Made by a program: the position numbers and the translations under genes. Positions 25,712 to 35,844 of a stretch of 64,000 nt of DNA are shown here, one piece after another. The notes under the pieces are model-generated. The model made no database searches and was not told the origin of the DNA. It saw nothing but the letters and a program-made list of their open reading frames with translations. The first letter of the stretch is position 1; every line of letters begins with the position of its first letter. Origin of the DNA: a virus (lineage: Duplodnaviria; Heunggongvirae; Uroviricota; Caudoviricetes); IMG/VR virus record IMGVR_UViG_3300025299_000102. One strand, 5' to 3'.

Positions 25712-27226
25712 TTACTCGACTGCAGCTGGAGCTGCTTCCGCGGCTGCGGCCGCACCAGCGCCAGCCACGGCACCAGCAGTCACATCGGCAGTAATTGCGC
25801 CAACCAGGGCACCAGCCGTAGCGCCGTTACCCAGCAGGGGAGCCAGTCCGTTCAGCAGTTGTTTGCCTTCCTCGGTCTGACCCAGAGCAGTCAGCATGCC
25901 CGACAGCTTCAGACCACCAGCCGGTGTGAACAGGTCGCCCAGTTTGGCCACACCTTGCTGCATGTCGCCGGAATTGGCGATGACCTTCAGGTCTGCTTGC
26001 TGCATTGCACGTGCCATTTCCAGGCCTACGTCTCGGCCGGCTTCGACCTGCTTTACCGAAATCAGGTATTGCTGGTAGGCCGGGTTCGTACCGATTTCCT
26101 TTGCCAGCGTGATTTGGGTGGCGACAGGTGCCATCAGACTGGCTTGTTCCGCGGCGGCGACTGCTTCACCTTTGGCTTTGATACCTTCAGCGTCCTTCAG
26201 CGCGGCGGCCAGACCACCTTCGGCCTTGGTCACAGTAGCCTGACGCTCTGCGTCGGCCTTGGTCACGGTCACCTGGCGCTCCGCGTCTGCCTGCACCACT
26301 TGAACTTCGCGACTTGCTTCTGCCGAAACCACCGACACTTTTTTGTGCTGTTCAGCCTGCACGACGGCGACTTCACTTTGGATTTGCGCGTCTGCGACTT
26401 CATTCACCTTCTTCACCGCCATGTCGCGCTCTGCGGTGGTTTTGGCTGCCGACATGATTTCCTGCTTGGAGAGCTCGTTGGCGATACCTACGGCTTTATC
26501 CTTCTCGGCGGTACGCAGTCCAACTTGTTGGGCCGCGTCCTGGCGCTGGACATCAACAGTACGGCGCGCGTCGATTTCGGCCAGCTCAGCTTGGCGGTTG
26601 TTCTCAGCCACTTTGACGCGGCTTTCCATCTCGATGCGGGACTTTTCTTTCGCCATCACGTTGGCAATGACGGTACTGCCTTTAGCATCGACCAGATTCA
26701 TGAACTCAATGGTTTTAACAGTGACAACGCCCCATTGCTTCACCTGCTCTTGCACTTCCTCAGTAAACTGGCTGCCCAGTTCCGAACGCGACTGCATGAT
26801 GTGCTCGAGGGTATTCGTTGCGAGCACCCGTCGTACTGCGCCTTGCAGAACCGCATGCAGGTCGGTCTTCAGCTCACTGAACGTGGCAACACGTTGCGCT
26901 GCGGTTTCAGCATTGTCCACACGGAAAAATGCGACCGCAGTTACCTCAAATGGTAAACGGGCCTGGTCGTAGGCTTCGTAGTCAGAAAGAGCCACCTGGA
27001 AGATGCTTTCTGGGAATTCCGTCACGGTAATACCCAGCTTAGGCACCCAGCTCGGGAATGCATAGTAGGTGTTGCCGGCCTCTTTGCCGCGACCATAAGG
27101 CGTGCTCGACCGGGTCGTCTGCACAATGTGCACCATGTTCGTTGGCACGACGCGGCGCAGGAAGATTGCGGCGGTCAAGCTGCCGATGCCGGCCAGCGCC
27201 AGCAAAACAAATAACATAACTAGCAT
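25712..27226 (-). CDS. flotillin-like SPFH/band-7 protein
   Basis: N-terminal TM + SPFH domain followed by long Ala/Glu-rich coiled-coil (EA repeats) and Gly/Ala tail, as in YqiK/flotillins. Confidence 0.7.
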   Translation of the reverse strand: MLVMLFVLLALAGIGSLTAAIFLRRVVPTNMVHIVQTTRSSTPYGRGKEAGNTYYAFPSWVPKLGITVTEFPESIFQVALSDYEAYDQARLPFEVTAVAFFRVDNAETAAQRVATFSELKTDLHAVLQGAVRRVLATNTLEHIMQSRSELGSQFTEEVQEQVKQWGVVTVKTIEFMNLVDAKGSTVIANVMAKEKSRIEMESRVKVAENNRQAELAEIDARRTVDVQRQDAAQQVGLRTAEKDKAVGIANELSKQEIMSAAKTTAERDMAVKKVNEVADAQIQSEVAVVQAEQHKKVSVVSAEASREVQVVQADAERQVTVTKADAERQATVTKAEGGLAAALKDAEGIKAKGEAVAAAEQASLMAPVATQITLAKEIGTNPAYQQYLISVKQVEAGRDVGLEMARAMQQADLKVIANSGDMQQGVAKLGDLFTPAGGLKLSGMLTALGQTEEGKQLLNGLAPLLGNGATAGALVGAITADVTAGAVAGAGAAAAAEAAPAAVE

Positions 27227-27410
27227 AATTAGGATATCTCCTTAAAATTGGGGCCTTACTTCGAGGATGAAGTCTCGGCAATATACCGTGTAATACGCTA
27301 TGCGTCAAGCAAGCCGCAGATATCAGGCTTATCCGCGGCTATACTCAGGGTCAAAACAACTCCCCACTACGGCGCGCGGCGCCGTTTTGCGCATCCAAGG
27401 AATCCTGCTT

Positions 27411-28094
27411 ATGCCGTACACGTCAGCACCGCTTTCGCTCGAATACTGGTCCCGCCTTCAAGCACGCGTGGACACTGAATACCAGGCCCAGCTCGGCCGC
27501 TTGCAGGAAGCTTTTAAGCCGACTGCCGCAACGGTCGACAACTTCGAACAGGTTCAGCGCAATGCGCAGCTTCGCCGTGATGCTGTTTTCGAGCAACTAC
27601 GGGAAATGGAGAGCATGCATGTTCTGCAGATGGTTCTAGGCAGCCAGGTGCGGAATGCCTTGTACCGGGCTGAAATCCCGGATGTCGAGGCACACATTGC
27701 CTGTCTGCGTGCTGTAGCAGGCCTGTTCGACGAGTTCCTTATTGGGCTGCCGCGGCGCGCGCCGGCAGAGCAGGAACTGCAGAACCTGGTGACCCAATTC
27801 GCGGCAATGCGCTCTGGCGGCAATAGTGAGACGCTCGTCGCTGAACGCCAGCGGCTTCGCACCCAGGTACTGAGCCTGCCCGTACTCGGGGCAGAAGACA
27901 CCAGTGACCACGAACGCTCCCTGCGGTCGCTGCACGCCAATATCGACCAGCAGGAAACCGCCCTCCAGAACCTGCGCGTCAGCACCACAATGACTCTGCG
28001 GCTGCCGGACGACCTCGCCGCCCTGGTTGCGAAATTTGGCGTGGAATTGACGCAGGATGTGCCAGCCCAAGCTGCGCCCACAGAAGAAAGCTAA
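27411..28094 (+). CDS. hypothetical protein
   Basis: ATG 27411 downstream of GGCTATACTCAG promoter motif at ~27335; earlier ATG 27300 would precede the promoter. Confidence 0.4.
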   Translation: MPYTSAPLSLEYWSRLQARVDTEYQAQLGRLQEAFKPTAATVDNFEQVQRNAQLRRDAVFEQLREMESMHVLQMVLGSQVRNALYRAEIPDVEAHIACLRAVAGLFDEFLIGLPRRAPAEQELQNLVTQFAAMRSGGNSETLVAERQRLRTQVLSLPVLGAEDTSDHERSLRSLHANIDQQETALQNLRVSTTMTLRLPDDLAALVAKFGVELTQDVPAQAAPTEES

Positions 28095-28142
28095 GTGACA
28101 ATCAGGCTATTTGGCGCTATAATTCACCGATAGGAGAGGTGA

Positions 28143-28637
28143 TTGCGCACGTCATACGAAGAAGCTGTAAAGCGCGGTTGGATTAAGCCTGATGATGTCC
28201 CGAAAGCGGCCAGGCCCAGTCGCGCCCGAAAAGCTGACATTGAGACTGAAGAGCAGACTGAGGTCATCAAAAAATTCCGGGAGCAGTACCCTGATATCGG
28301 CGAGCTGCTAATTCACCCTCCGAATGGCGGCTTCCGCAAGAATGCATTTGAAGGCTGGCGGCTGAAACAGGCCGGCGTTCGCGCGGGGGTAAGCGACCTG
28401 TTCTTGCCTATTGCACGCGGCGGATATTTCGGCCTGTGGATTGAGTTCAAGGCGGCCCCTCCCAATAACGCTCCCGTGTCCGATAATCAGAAAAAATGGC
28501 TGGAGCTCATGGCGGCGCAGGGATATGCTACGCACATCTGTCTAGGTGTTGAGGCAGCCATGAAGGTGCTCGACGAATACATGGCCCTGCCGCTGACGAA
28601 AGTGGCCCGTACCCGGAAAACCGCCAGCCCGGCCTAA
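28143..28637 (+). CDS. VRR-NUC domain nuclease (PD-(D/E)xK)
   Basis: E..EQ..V...PNGG..R..G..KGV.D...P..G..GLWIEFK...S..Q..W pattern; TTG start with GGAGAGG RBS. Confidence 0.55.
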   Translation: MRTSYEEAVKRGWIKPDDVPKAARPSRARKADIETEEQTEVIKKFREQYPDIGELLIHPPNGGFRKNAFEGWRLKQAGVRAGVSDLFLPIARGGYFGLWIEFKAAPPNNAPVSDNQKKWLELMAAQGYATHICLGVEAAMKVLDEYMALPLTKVARTRKTASPA

Positions 28638-28644
28638 GCACGAT

Positions 28645-29109
28645 ATGCGCATCTCACGACTACTTTCGGCGACGGTGGCGCTTGTGCTTTGTTCCCCTGT
28701 CTTTGCCCAGCAGGCAATCAAGGAACTGAGCGGGGCGCTGACCCTAAATTCCGGGCTGGATTTGACGTACGCAGGTCCAGTTCTCTACCGGGCGACACTG
28801 CATACACGCACTGGCCTAGATTGTCAGTTGACAGGCACATTCACCGTCCGTAAAGGTGCTGAACACAAGCCGCGCTGGCTGGAAGCGCTGCCCAATTCAT
28901 CGTTCATTCATTGCCCAGGCCAGGCTCCGGCACTGGTGTCTGGTCATATTTTCCCGGTGGTTTGGATGCCGCCTCAGACAGTATGGTGCCGGGACAAGAC
29001 GTCCAAGGGCAAATGCCAAGCCTATTCTGCTGCGGCTGGCGCCGGGATTACTGCGCTATGGGTAACTTGGCATGCGATGACAAGTAAGGGTTCCGCTAAA
29101 CGCAAATGA
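28645..29109 (+). CDS. secreted protein
   Basis: Signal peptide LLSATVALVLCSPVFA; Cys-containing. Confidence 0.45.
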   Translation: MRISRLLSATVALVLCSPVFAQQAIKELSGALTLNSGLDLTYAGPVLYRATLHTRTGLDCQLTGTFTVRKGAEHKPRWLEALPNSSFIHCPGQAPALVSGHIFPVVWMPPQTVWCRDKTSKGKCQAYSAAAGAGITALWVTWHAMTSKGSAKRK

Positions 29110-29140
29110 AAACCCGCACCATGAAAGTGCGGGTTGAGTT

Positions 29141-29374
29141 TTAGTGCGATTCCGTTTCGATATGCCACCAGCCACGGTGTTCAGTCTCACCATCGGCCGA
29201 CATCACGCACAGCTCGCCTTGATTGACCCCGTCACGGATGAGGGTTTCGATATGCTCAATTGAGCATTCGTCCAGCTCAGTCGGTGGCTGGATTTCGCCG
29301 ACCGCGCGCACAAACCACGAAATGCGGTGCTGCAGGATTTCGGTGATGTTGTTGCCCTTTTTCATGATGTTCAT
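29141..29374 (-). CDS. hypothetical small acidic protein (77 aa)
   Basis: ORF preceded on minus strand by terminator 29107-29140. Confidence 0.4.
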   Translation of the reverse strand: MNIMKKGNNITEILQHRISWFVRAVGEIQPPTELDECSIEHIETLIRDGVNQGELCVMSADGETEHRGWWHIETESH

Positions 29375-29544
29375 GGTTGCCCTTTAGAGTGCTTGAAATT
29401 GAGATGACCTACGTTGAAGTATAGTGCGCAACATGCAAAGCGAGAACTAGCACTAATTTCAGTGATAACTCACTGACTTAGCATTGCCGTATGTGCTGTT
29501 TTCAGCTATAATAGTCACATATTCAATGCACCACTTCTTTCGCT

Positions 29545-30468
29545 ATGATTGACTCCCTCAGCATCAAGCCGCAGGCTGAAAGTGTCCTGCCTTGGGCCGC
29601 GAAGCTTGACTATTTCAAGGCCCACCCTGTGACCGAATTCAAGCCGGGTTTGAACATCCTATTCGGACTCAACGGGTCGGGCAAAAGCACCGTACTGCAA
29701 CTACTGGCCACGACCTTGGCTGCTGCCCAAGGCGGCACGTCGGTGGTGACGTCATCCTGGATGAGGGAAGTGCTGGGCTTCGATGATAAAGGTCATAAGG
29801 TTCCGTGCGAGGTCGTTCACGATGGGCAGCCGGTGATGTTCTTTGATGCTCGGGCACAGGAAGGCCTGATTGGCGGCTCGTTCGATGACGACTTCTTCAA
29901 TCTGGGAGTTGCTAACTCGATGGCCAAGGGCTCGACCGGCCAACTTAACCTGCGGCGCCTCGACAGGCTGCTCAGTGTACTGGTGGAAAAGCGCGCCAAT
30001 CCCGAATCTGGCAAGACGCAAAAATCGCCTGCGGATAAACCGAAACGAGTCGGCCGGACTGCCAAGAGCTTTGAGCGCAAAGCTTCAAACCAAAGTCTTG
30101 TTCCAGAAGGATTTCCAGAGGAAATCGTATGGAAGGTGTCACGTGGTCATGTAAATGACCACTGGGCCAATCGCTTCGCATTGATTGAAGAACTGCTGGC
30201 GCCTAAGCGCGCATCCGGACCAAAGACCCTAATTTTCGACGAACCTGAATCGGGCTTCTCGCTGCCCTGGCAAGCTGGCTTGTGGGCAAACATCTTTTCG
30301 AGAATCGACCCTGCCAAGTTCCAGGTCATCGTAGCCACTCATAGCCCATTCGCATTGGGTATCCCAGGCGCGAACTACATCGAAATGAGTCCAGGCTACT
30401 TGGCCGAAAGCATTGCAGCAACGCTGACGCTGTTTGAGCGTCCAATTTACCATTCGGAGACCAAATGA
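29545..30468 (+). CDS. minimal ABC/SMC-type ATPase (AAA_21-like)
   Basis: Walker A GLNGSGKST, Walker B LIFDEPESG, C-terminal VIVATHSP(F) motif typical of RecF/SMC-like and OLD/Abi-type ATPases. Confidence 0.65.
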   Translation: MIDSLSIKPQAESVLPWAAKLDYFKAHPVTEFKPGLNILFGLNGSGKSTVLQLLATTLAAAQGGTSVVTSSWMREVLGFDDKGHKVPCEVVHDGQPVMFFDARAQEGLIGGSFDDDFFNLGVANSMAKGSTGQLNLRRLDRLLSVLVEKRANPESGKTQKSPADKPKRVGRTAKSFERKASNQSLVPEGFPEEIVWKVSRGHVNDHWANRFALIEELLAPKRASGPKTLIFDEPESGFSLPWQAGLWANIFSRIDPAKFQVIVATHSPFALGIPGANYIEMSPGYLAESIAATLTLFERPIYHSETK

Positions 30469-31310
30469 AGGCCCCTATCCGCTTGCCGCATGATGCAACC
30501 AGTGAGGCGGAAGTTCGCCAATATTTCGACACCCGCGCGCGCCAGTTGTTGCATGAAGATTTCCGATGGTCCGGGACCCTGAACTGGGCCTCTGGGTTCG
30601 AGGGGGACGTGTATCAAACCACATTCATTGAGCTCGGCAAAAACCCCTTTGCCTCCTACTTTATCCTGCCGCATGCTCGCGGCAAGGGCATCCTGCGCAG
30701 ACTGGTTGAGCGCGGCACGCCTATCGTCACTGTGCCTGACTGCAATATCGAAGAAGCGCTCAAGCACGTCGGCGCGAACTACCGCCTGGCCGGCCGGCTG
30801 ACCGAGACCGTTGAGTACCGGCTCATTCAGGCCGACTATGGCAGTAAACGTGCCCAGCGCAGCCAGGTGTTCCTCATGAACCACATCGACGAAGGTTTGG
30901 CCGTAATGGCTTGGGCCGGCGCGTCTGAGCGAGCCATGCGTGCGTTCTGCCTGCACCCGCTGGTTCAGGATGATGCGAGTCTGTCCCTGAACTTCGAGCG
31001 AGTCGCCCTGGAGGTGACTGCGCAACCTGACGGTGCTGCAGTTCTGGCGCTTGCGATGGAGTATCGCTCCGTGGCCAATGAATACCTGGCTCACTGCGTT
31101 ATGCGGCCAAATGGCATTCGGTTGAGCCCAGTGCAGGACGTGAATCAGATGCTTGTCGGCGACAAGGTTCAGAACTTCAAAGACTTCCAGCAGTACCACG
31201 CAACGACACATGAAAACCGCGACCGCCTGACCGAGTATTTCCAGCAGTGGGTCACCGCCCTGGGCGTCGCGGATAAGTATGAAACCCTGAAATCATGGCT
31301 TCCGGCCTGA
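30465..31310 (+). CDS. hypothetical protein, translationally coupled partner of the ATPase
   Basis: ATGA start/stop overlap with upstream ATPase; 281 aa; no known motif recognised. Confidence 0.5.
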   Translation: MKAPIRLPHDATSEAEVRQYFDTRARQLLHEDFRWSGTLNWASGFEGDVYQTTFIELGKNPFASYFILPHARGKGILRRLVERGTPIVTVPDCNIEEALKHVGANYRLAGRLTETVEYRLIQADYGSKRAQRSQVFLMNHIDEGLAVMAWAGASERAMRAFCLHPLVQDDASLSLNFERVALEVTAQPDGAAVLALAMEYRSVANEYLAHCVMRPNGIRLSPVQDVNQMLVGDKVQNFKDFQQYHATTHENRDRLTEYFQQWVTALGVADKYETLKSWLPA

Positions 31311-31331
31311 CCTAACCTCACGGAGATTGAA

Positions 31332-31712
31332 TTGAGCCATCCACTTCTCGACCTCGTTAAGTTCAACAAAGACCATCCACCGCGCGACCAAGGCGACGGT
31401 GCATGGAGTCCCCGTCACGTCTATACGCTGTTCCGCAAGCCATGTGAACGCGTCCAGCTCACCATTGAGCAGGCGAATGATATTGGCCACGGGCTATGGC
31501 GTGATGAAGAGCTCTCCAAGGCCGGCATCTTTGCCTCCGACGCCGACTCGCTGGCGTTTGCTGAGAGCCTGAACGCAACCCTCGGTGAGCACCTGTCCAT
31601 CCGCAACCTGGAGCATCTCGTGAAAGTGTTCGCTGGCGAGCTGGCGGCGCGCGAGGCGGCGCGCCAGGCTTCCCTCAGGGCCTCTAATTCACCGCAACTG
31701 GCGGCGGCATAA
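31332..31712 (+). CDS. hypothetical protein (126 aa)
   Basis: ORF 20 nt after previous stop; followed by bidirectional terminator 31733-31751. Confidence 0.4.
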   Translation: MSHPLLDLVKFNKDHPPRDQGDGAWSPRHVYTLFRKPCERVQLTIEQANDIGHGLWRDEELSKAGIFASDADSLAFAESLNATLGEHLSIRNLEHLVKVFAGELAAREAARQASLRASNSPQLAAA

Positions 31713-31772
31713 CGGATACTCTGAAAAGAAAATGCCCCGATATCATCGGGGCAGAGTTTGAACGTGTCCTAA

Positions 31773-32243
31773 TTAGGCCGGCCAGATGCCTTGTTGCACC
31801 TCGCTGACGATAAATGCCGGATTCTGTTTTTCGAACCAGTGCCAGATGTCTTCACGAGGAGTGCCTGGCTGGAAGTTTAGAAACTCGCTCTCGATTTCGT
31901 CGTCAGCGAACTGGTCCGAACCTTGTGCCACGGGCACATCCTGCAGCAACTCCCACAAAATCTTCAGCTCTACCATGGTTCGGCCAACGACAGGGTGCGA
32001 AGCAGCCTTCACTGCGATATAGCACGAATTCCGCACCATTTCGTAGAATAGAGACTCGTCGGCCGGAACTTCGTCGAGGACTGCCGGCGAGATATTGCAT
32101 AATTCGCCCACCATGTTGCCTACGGACGATTCGCTGGTCAGGGCGCGCGATATTGCATCACGCGGGTCATACGCAACAACTTTCCCCGTCGAGTAGATTT
32201 CACCAGAAATAACGGTCCATGCCCAGGTAGTTTTCTGTTTCAT
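31773..32243 (-). CDS. hypothetical protein (156 aa)
   Basis: ORF. Confidence 0.5.
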   Translation of the reverse strand: MKQKTTWAWTVISGEIYSTGKVVAYDPRDAISRALTSESSVGNMVGELCNISPAVLDEVPADESLFYEMVRNSCYIAVKAASHPVVGRTMVELKILWELLQDVPVAQGSDQFADDEIESEFLNFQPGTPREDIWHWFEKQNPAFIVSEVQQGIWPA

Positions 32244-32348
32244 ATATTTCTCCTTTGTTAATAAATGGCCTGAACCTCCGTATAGGCGAAAAAATACCCC
32301 GCAAGAGCGGGGTACGTGCTGATGGCGCTTATTGGCGTCGACAGTGAA

Positions 32349-32930
32349 TTACTTGCGGTTAACCGCAGTATTTTTGTTCACCATGAAGCCCAGCGGAGTC
32401 TTATCCTTGACGAACTTGATAAGGGCGCCATTGCCCGAGCTTTGCGTCTCGATGGCGACCACGGCGCCGGCCTTTACAGCCAGGCCAGTCACCAGGCTGG
32501 TAGCGACATCCATATCCAGCATGGCGTTGCTCGATGCACTCTTGAGGAACAGGCGGGACGTGTCACCGTGACCAACTACTTTCACGACGGTCCACTTCGG
32601 ATTTGCCCGGCCGATATCAAACAGCGTCTGGAAGGATGGCTCAGCTGCTTTCTCGCCTTTTAGCGACATCATAAGCGGCGCGCCAGCGACGGTCGAGGCG
32701 CCAGTAATGCTCACGGTGGCCTGGTCAATAGCCGCAGCTGCTGCCGCGGCCGCTGGAACGATTGCGGCACCGCCGGTAGCAGCAGTGGCAACCGCTGCAG
32801 CCGCCATGGAGGCGCCGGCAACGGCAACCGCTGCGGCAGTCTGCCCAGCAGATTTAGCTTCTGGGGTTGGCGAGGCTTGCGATGCCAGAGCGGTGGACAG
32901 CAAGGCGATAGTCAGAATGGTCTTTTTCAT
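32349..32930 (-). CDS. secreted Ala-rich protein
   Basis: Signal peptide MKKTILTIALLSTALASQA; poly-Ala region. Confidence 0.5.
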   Translation of the reverse strand: MKKTILTIALLSTALASQASPTPEAKSAGQTAAAVAVAGASMAAAAVATAATGGAAIVPAAAAAAAAIDQATVSITGASTVAGAPLMMSLKGEKAAEPSFQTLFDIGRANPKWTVVKVVGHGDTSRLFLKSASSNAMLDMDVATSLVTGLAVKAGAVVAIETQSSGNGALIKFVKDKTPLGFMVNKNTAVNRK

Positions 32931-33019
32931 AACGGTTCTCCGTAAAAAGTAAGTTTTGTCCTACACCGCGTGTTACACGCCTCGATGGGACGGATTGTGT
33001 TGCAAGGTTCAGTTAAGGT

Positions 33020-33463
33020 TCACTGCACAACTTCTTCTGGTAGTGCCGCTGCCAGTTTGTCGACCGTGTCGCTGGCGCTGGCCGGCAACAAGACCAGGGC
33101 ACCCTGCACCGGAAGGCACATTCCTGCACCAAGTTCACCCCGGTATAGCTGTGCGGTCCAGACCCCAGCGCTGCTATCAAGCACCGTCGCCAGTGCCGTG
33201 CGCTGTGATTCAGGTAGCGTCATCAAAAGCTCGACCACCCTGGTCGGTTCCAGAATGCTTGTGCTGCAGCCAGAGGAAGGGAGTGGTGCCATTTGCATTC
33301 CCGCGGCCTTCGCGGCCGCAAGCGCCAGGTCGCCGGCCGCCGACAGGGCAATGCCAGCACTAAGCGGGGTTGGCGCCGTACCGTCTTCGGACGAAGAACA
33401 GGCGGAAAGACTTAGGGCGCAGCAGATGGCCAGCGCGCGCGTGATGAGGGAAAGTTTAGGCAT
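33020..33463 (-). CDS. putative lipoprotein
   Basis: Signal peptide with lipobox-like LSLSAC. Confidence 0.5.
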   Translation of the reverse strand: MPKLSLITRALAICCALSLSACSSSEDGTAPTPLSAGIALSAAGDLALAAAKAAGMQMAPLPSSGCSTSILEPTRVVELLMTLPESQRTALATVLDSSAGVWTAQLYRGELGAGMCLPVQGALVLLPASASDTVDKLAAALPEEVVQ

Positions 33464-33478
33464 GGCTACGGACCGGAG

Positions 33479-33919
33479 TCAGGTTCCCTGCGCCACATAG
33501 CGTAGGGTTCGAGCGTTCGTCAGCAATTTCGTGCGCTCATCCAGTATAGATTTCGCTTCACGAATCAATTTCGCCGTTGACTTGTAGTGCTCGCTCTTGC
33601 GCTTCAGGGCCAAAATTGGCTCCCGGTCTTGCGCGTCCAAGTTCGTGCCCATCAAAACGCCAGGCTTATCGGTCGTACCCTGCGTCCAGTTGTACTGGAC
33701 CCACCGCGGATGCGGGCAGCCGGTGCAGCCCGGGCCGCATGGATACAGCTCAAGGCAAACCGCCCCCGAGGTCACAGGCTGGGCCGCCTTGATTTCATCA
33801 TGCAGTTCGGCTAGCCGCGAGTTGAGCCAATGCAGTCGGTCGAGAACCTGGTGAAACATCTTTTCAATTTTGGTCTCAGCCGAGATAGCTGCTTCGCGCG
33901 CCTGGACAATATCAGTCAT
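33479..33919 (-). CDS. hypothetical protein with CxxC pairs
   Basis: CGPGCTGCPHP motif. Confidence 0.45.
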   Translation of the reverse strand: MTDIVQAREAAISAETKIEKMFHQVLDRLHWLNSRLAELHDEIKAAQPVTSGAVCLELYPCGPGCTGCPHPRWVQYNWTQGTTDKPGVLMGTNLDAQDREPILALKRKSEHYKSTAKLIREAKSILDERTKLLTNARTLRYVAQGT

Positions 33920-34062
33920 TCAACGCGTGCGAGGAGCTTTTGGCTCCTCAATTATGTACAATAATCCATAGTATACCATAAATAGCTGCTATTCGCTATC
34001 CCAAAGCCCATAAAAGCAAAACCCCGGCATGCCGGGGTTTTAGGTGCAGAGAGGCGCTCTGC

Positions 34063-35220
34063 TTAGTGCATGTGAGCGGCGCCGTGCTCAGCCATACCTT
34101 TGTTCAGGGAGTCGGCGTGTGGCAGCGCGAACTGGAACTCGCCGCAGTGCTGGCAGGCGGTGGTGTTGATTGGCTCGTGATAGCCTTGAATGCAGTCCAG
34201 GCCCATGTCTTTCAGGATATGGCTTGCCAGTGCTACTTCTTCTTGGCCATCAGCGGTCACGACCGGCAACTCCAGCGTCGCCACGACGTTCTTGGTCAGG
34301 CGGGAGGTTAGCGTTACGCCGACCATGAAGGTATCGTCCGATTGACGCACAGCGTAGGGAGCCACCAGCGCGGCCAGACCGTTAGGTTCCACGCCAGAGT
34401 GGACGCAAACATTCATCATCATTTCACGGAATTGCACATCCATGCGCAGGCGTTCGCCCATCGACAAGGCTTGTGTGAATGGTTGCGGCAGCGAAGCCAC
34501 ATGCACAGCGAAGTCTTTGCCCAGCGATGCCGACAACGTTTCAGTTGCCCACTGGCTCATGCGGTTCATCGTTTGAGCCGAGCCCATTGGCATGGTCGGG
34601 GTCAGTCCTTCAGGGTTGAAGGCTACGAATGGCAGGTAATACAGGCTTACACCCTTGCCAACATTGCCAGTATCGACACCGGTAGTGAAGTCCAGCTGTT
34701 TACTTTCGCCGCGAACTACCTCGCGAGCTTCGTGCGGCAGACGCACCAAGGAACCCAGGTCGGTATTGCGAATCTGTTCGTCGGAATACAGCGCCGGGAC
34801 AATGAAGGTCCAGCCAGTGCGATTGCCGTTGGCCTTAATGGCGGACAGGCCCAACTGCTGCAGCAGGCAACCCGACATCTTCAGGGCATTCAGATTGCGT
34901 TGCAGGGGCAGAATCGAAGGCAGGGTTGCATCTGTGCTTACGACCACTGGCAGCAGCCACAGTCCCAAGGTGCCGCCGCAGTCCAGCAAGTGGAAGTTAG
35001 TGGCGCGGTCCAGGGCGGCCGTCAGCTGCGGGCCAAGGGCCTCTGGGCAGCTATCCAGAGCTTCAGTGAACGATTGTTGAGGCTGACCCGACAAAACGGC
35101 CTCTTGAATCAGTGCAGCGGTGGATACCAGTGCGGTCGCGCAATCATGTTCAGTTTTCGCGGAGGCCAGGCATTCCAGGGAAACCATCAGAGAAGAAGGG
35201 GTCAGTGCAGCAGAAGTCAT
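34063..35220 (-). CDS. hypothetical protein (~385 aa)
   Basis: ORF; ATG 35220 preferred; AT-rich promoter island upstream. Confidence 0.5.
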   Translation of the reverse strand: MTSAALTPSSLMVSLECLASAKTEHDCATALVSTAALIQEAVLSGQPQQSFTEALDSCPEALGPQLTAALDRATNFHLLDCGGTLGLWLLPVVVSTDATLPSILPLQRNLNALKMSGCLLQQLGLSAIKANGNRTGWTFIVPALYSDEQIRNTDLGSLVRLPHEAREVVRGESKQLDFTTGVDTGNVGKGVSLYYLPFVAFNPEGLTPTMPMGSAQTMNRMSQWATETLSASLGKDFAVHVASLPQPFTQALSMGERLRMDVQFREMMMNVCVHSGVEPNGLAALVAPYAVRQSDDTFMVGVTLTSRLTKNVVATLELPVVTADGQEEVALASHILKDMGLDCIQGYHEPINTTACQHCGEFQFALPHADSLNKGMAEHGAAHMH

Positions 35221-35562
35221 CGGGTAAGGTTCCTTGTTTGTCCGTGGTATCGTGTACCACCATGGGACAGAACTATACCGTGTGACGCCACTTTTGTCAA
35301 GTGATTGGGCGAAAACCAACCTTGTTTTAAGCCTAATTCTGCCCAAAACTACGTAGTACTACCGACGAATCGGCACAAAAATACCATTTTCGTAACTATT
35401 ATAGCTCAAAATTATAACTTATGCATTACAAAATGTAACGCCAAAATTACAACCGTGTACGAGTTAACTTCACAACCGCGTCAGTTCGCGTGTACATGCG
35501 TGTAATGTAAACTCAATTCTATCCAATACTCACCCCTTCTTTTCCTAGAGTATTCCCTCTAG

Positions 35563-35844
35563 TTATGCCCCGCTTGGAGTGTCCCAGTCGTTTTGCGGCA
35601 TAGCTGGCCGGGCAACGAGCTTTCCGCGGTGCTCTTTCTCGGACTGGCAGCGCACGCAACGGATGCGGCCCATGTCCAGACGTGCCTTAGGAATGTCATC
35701 CCCACAGTCGATGCAGGTCACTCCATCGAAGTCTGGGTGGGTCTCTGGTGCGTTGGCGCGGCGCGCGGCCGCAATGCCGCCGTCCGCCAAAGAGGCGGCC
35801 AGGGCTGCTGCCTCGTCAATCGGGTCAGCGTGTCGTTCAAACAT
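35563..35844 (-). CDS. TraR/DksA-family C4 zinc-finger protein
   Basis: CIDCGDDIP...RIRCVRCQ (C-x2-C-x17-C-x2-C) at C-terminus. Confidence 0.6.
   Translation of the reverse strand: MFERHADPIDEAAALAASLADGGIAAARRANAPETHPDFDGVTCIDCGDDIPKARLDMGRIRCVRCQSEKEHRGKLVARPAMPQNDWDTPSGA

Noticed and set aside
25604-26972. 450-aa and 209-aa plus-strand ORFs antisense to the flotillin gene
   Set aside because: Low-complexity Cys/His/Leu-rich translations typical of the reverse strand of an Ala/Glu coiled-coil gene; the minus-strand SPFH/flotillin reading is the coherent one.
34342-35304. 320-aa plus-strand ORF antisense to 34063..35220
   Set aside because: His/Gln/Arg-rich low-complexity product with no start context; mirror of the minus-strand gene.
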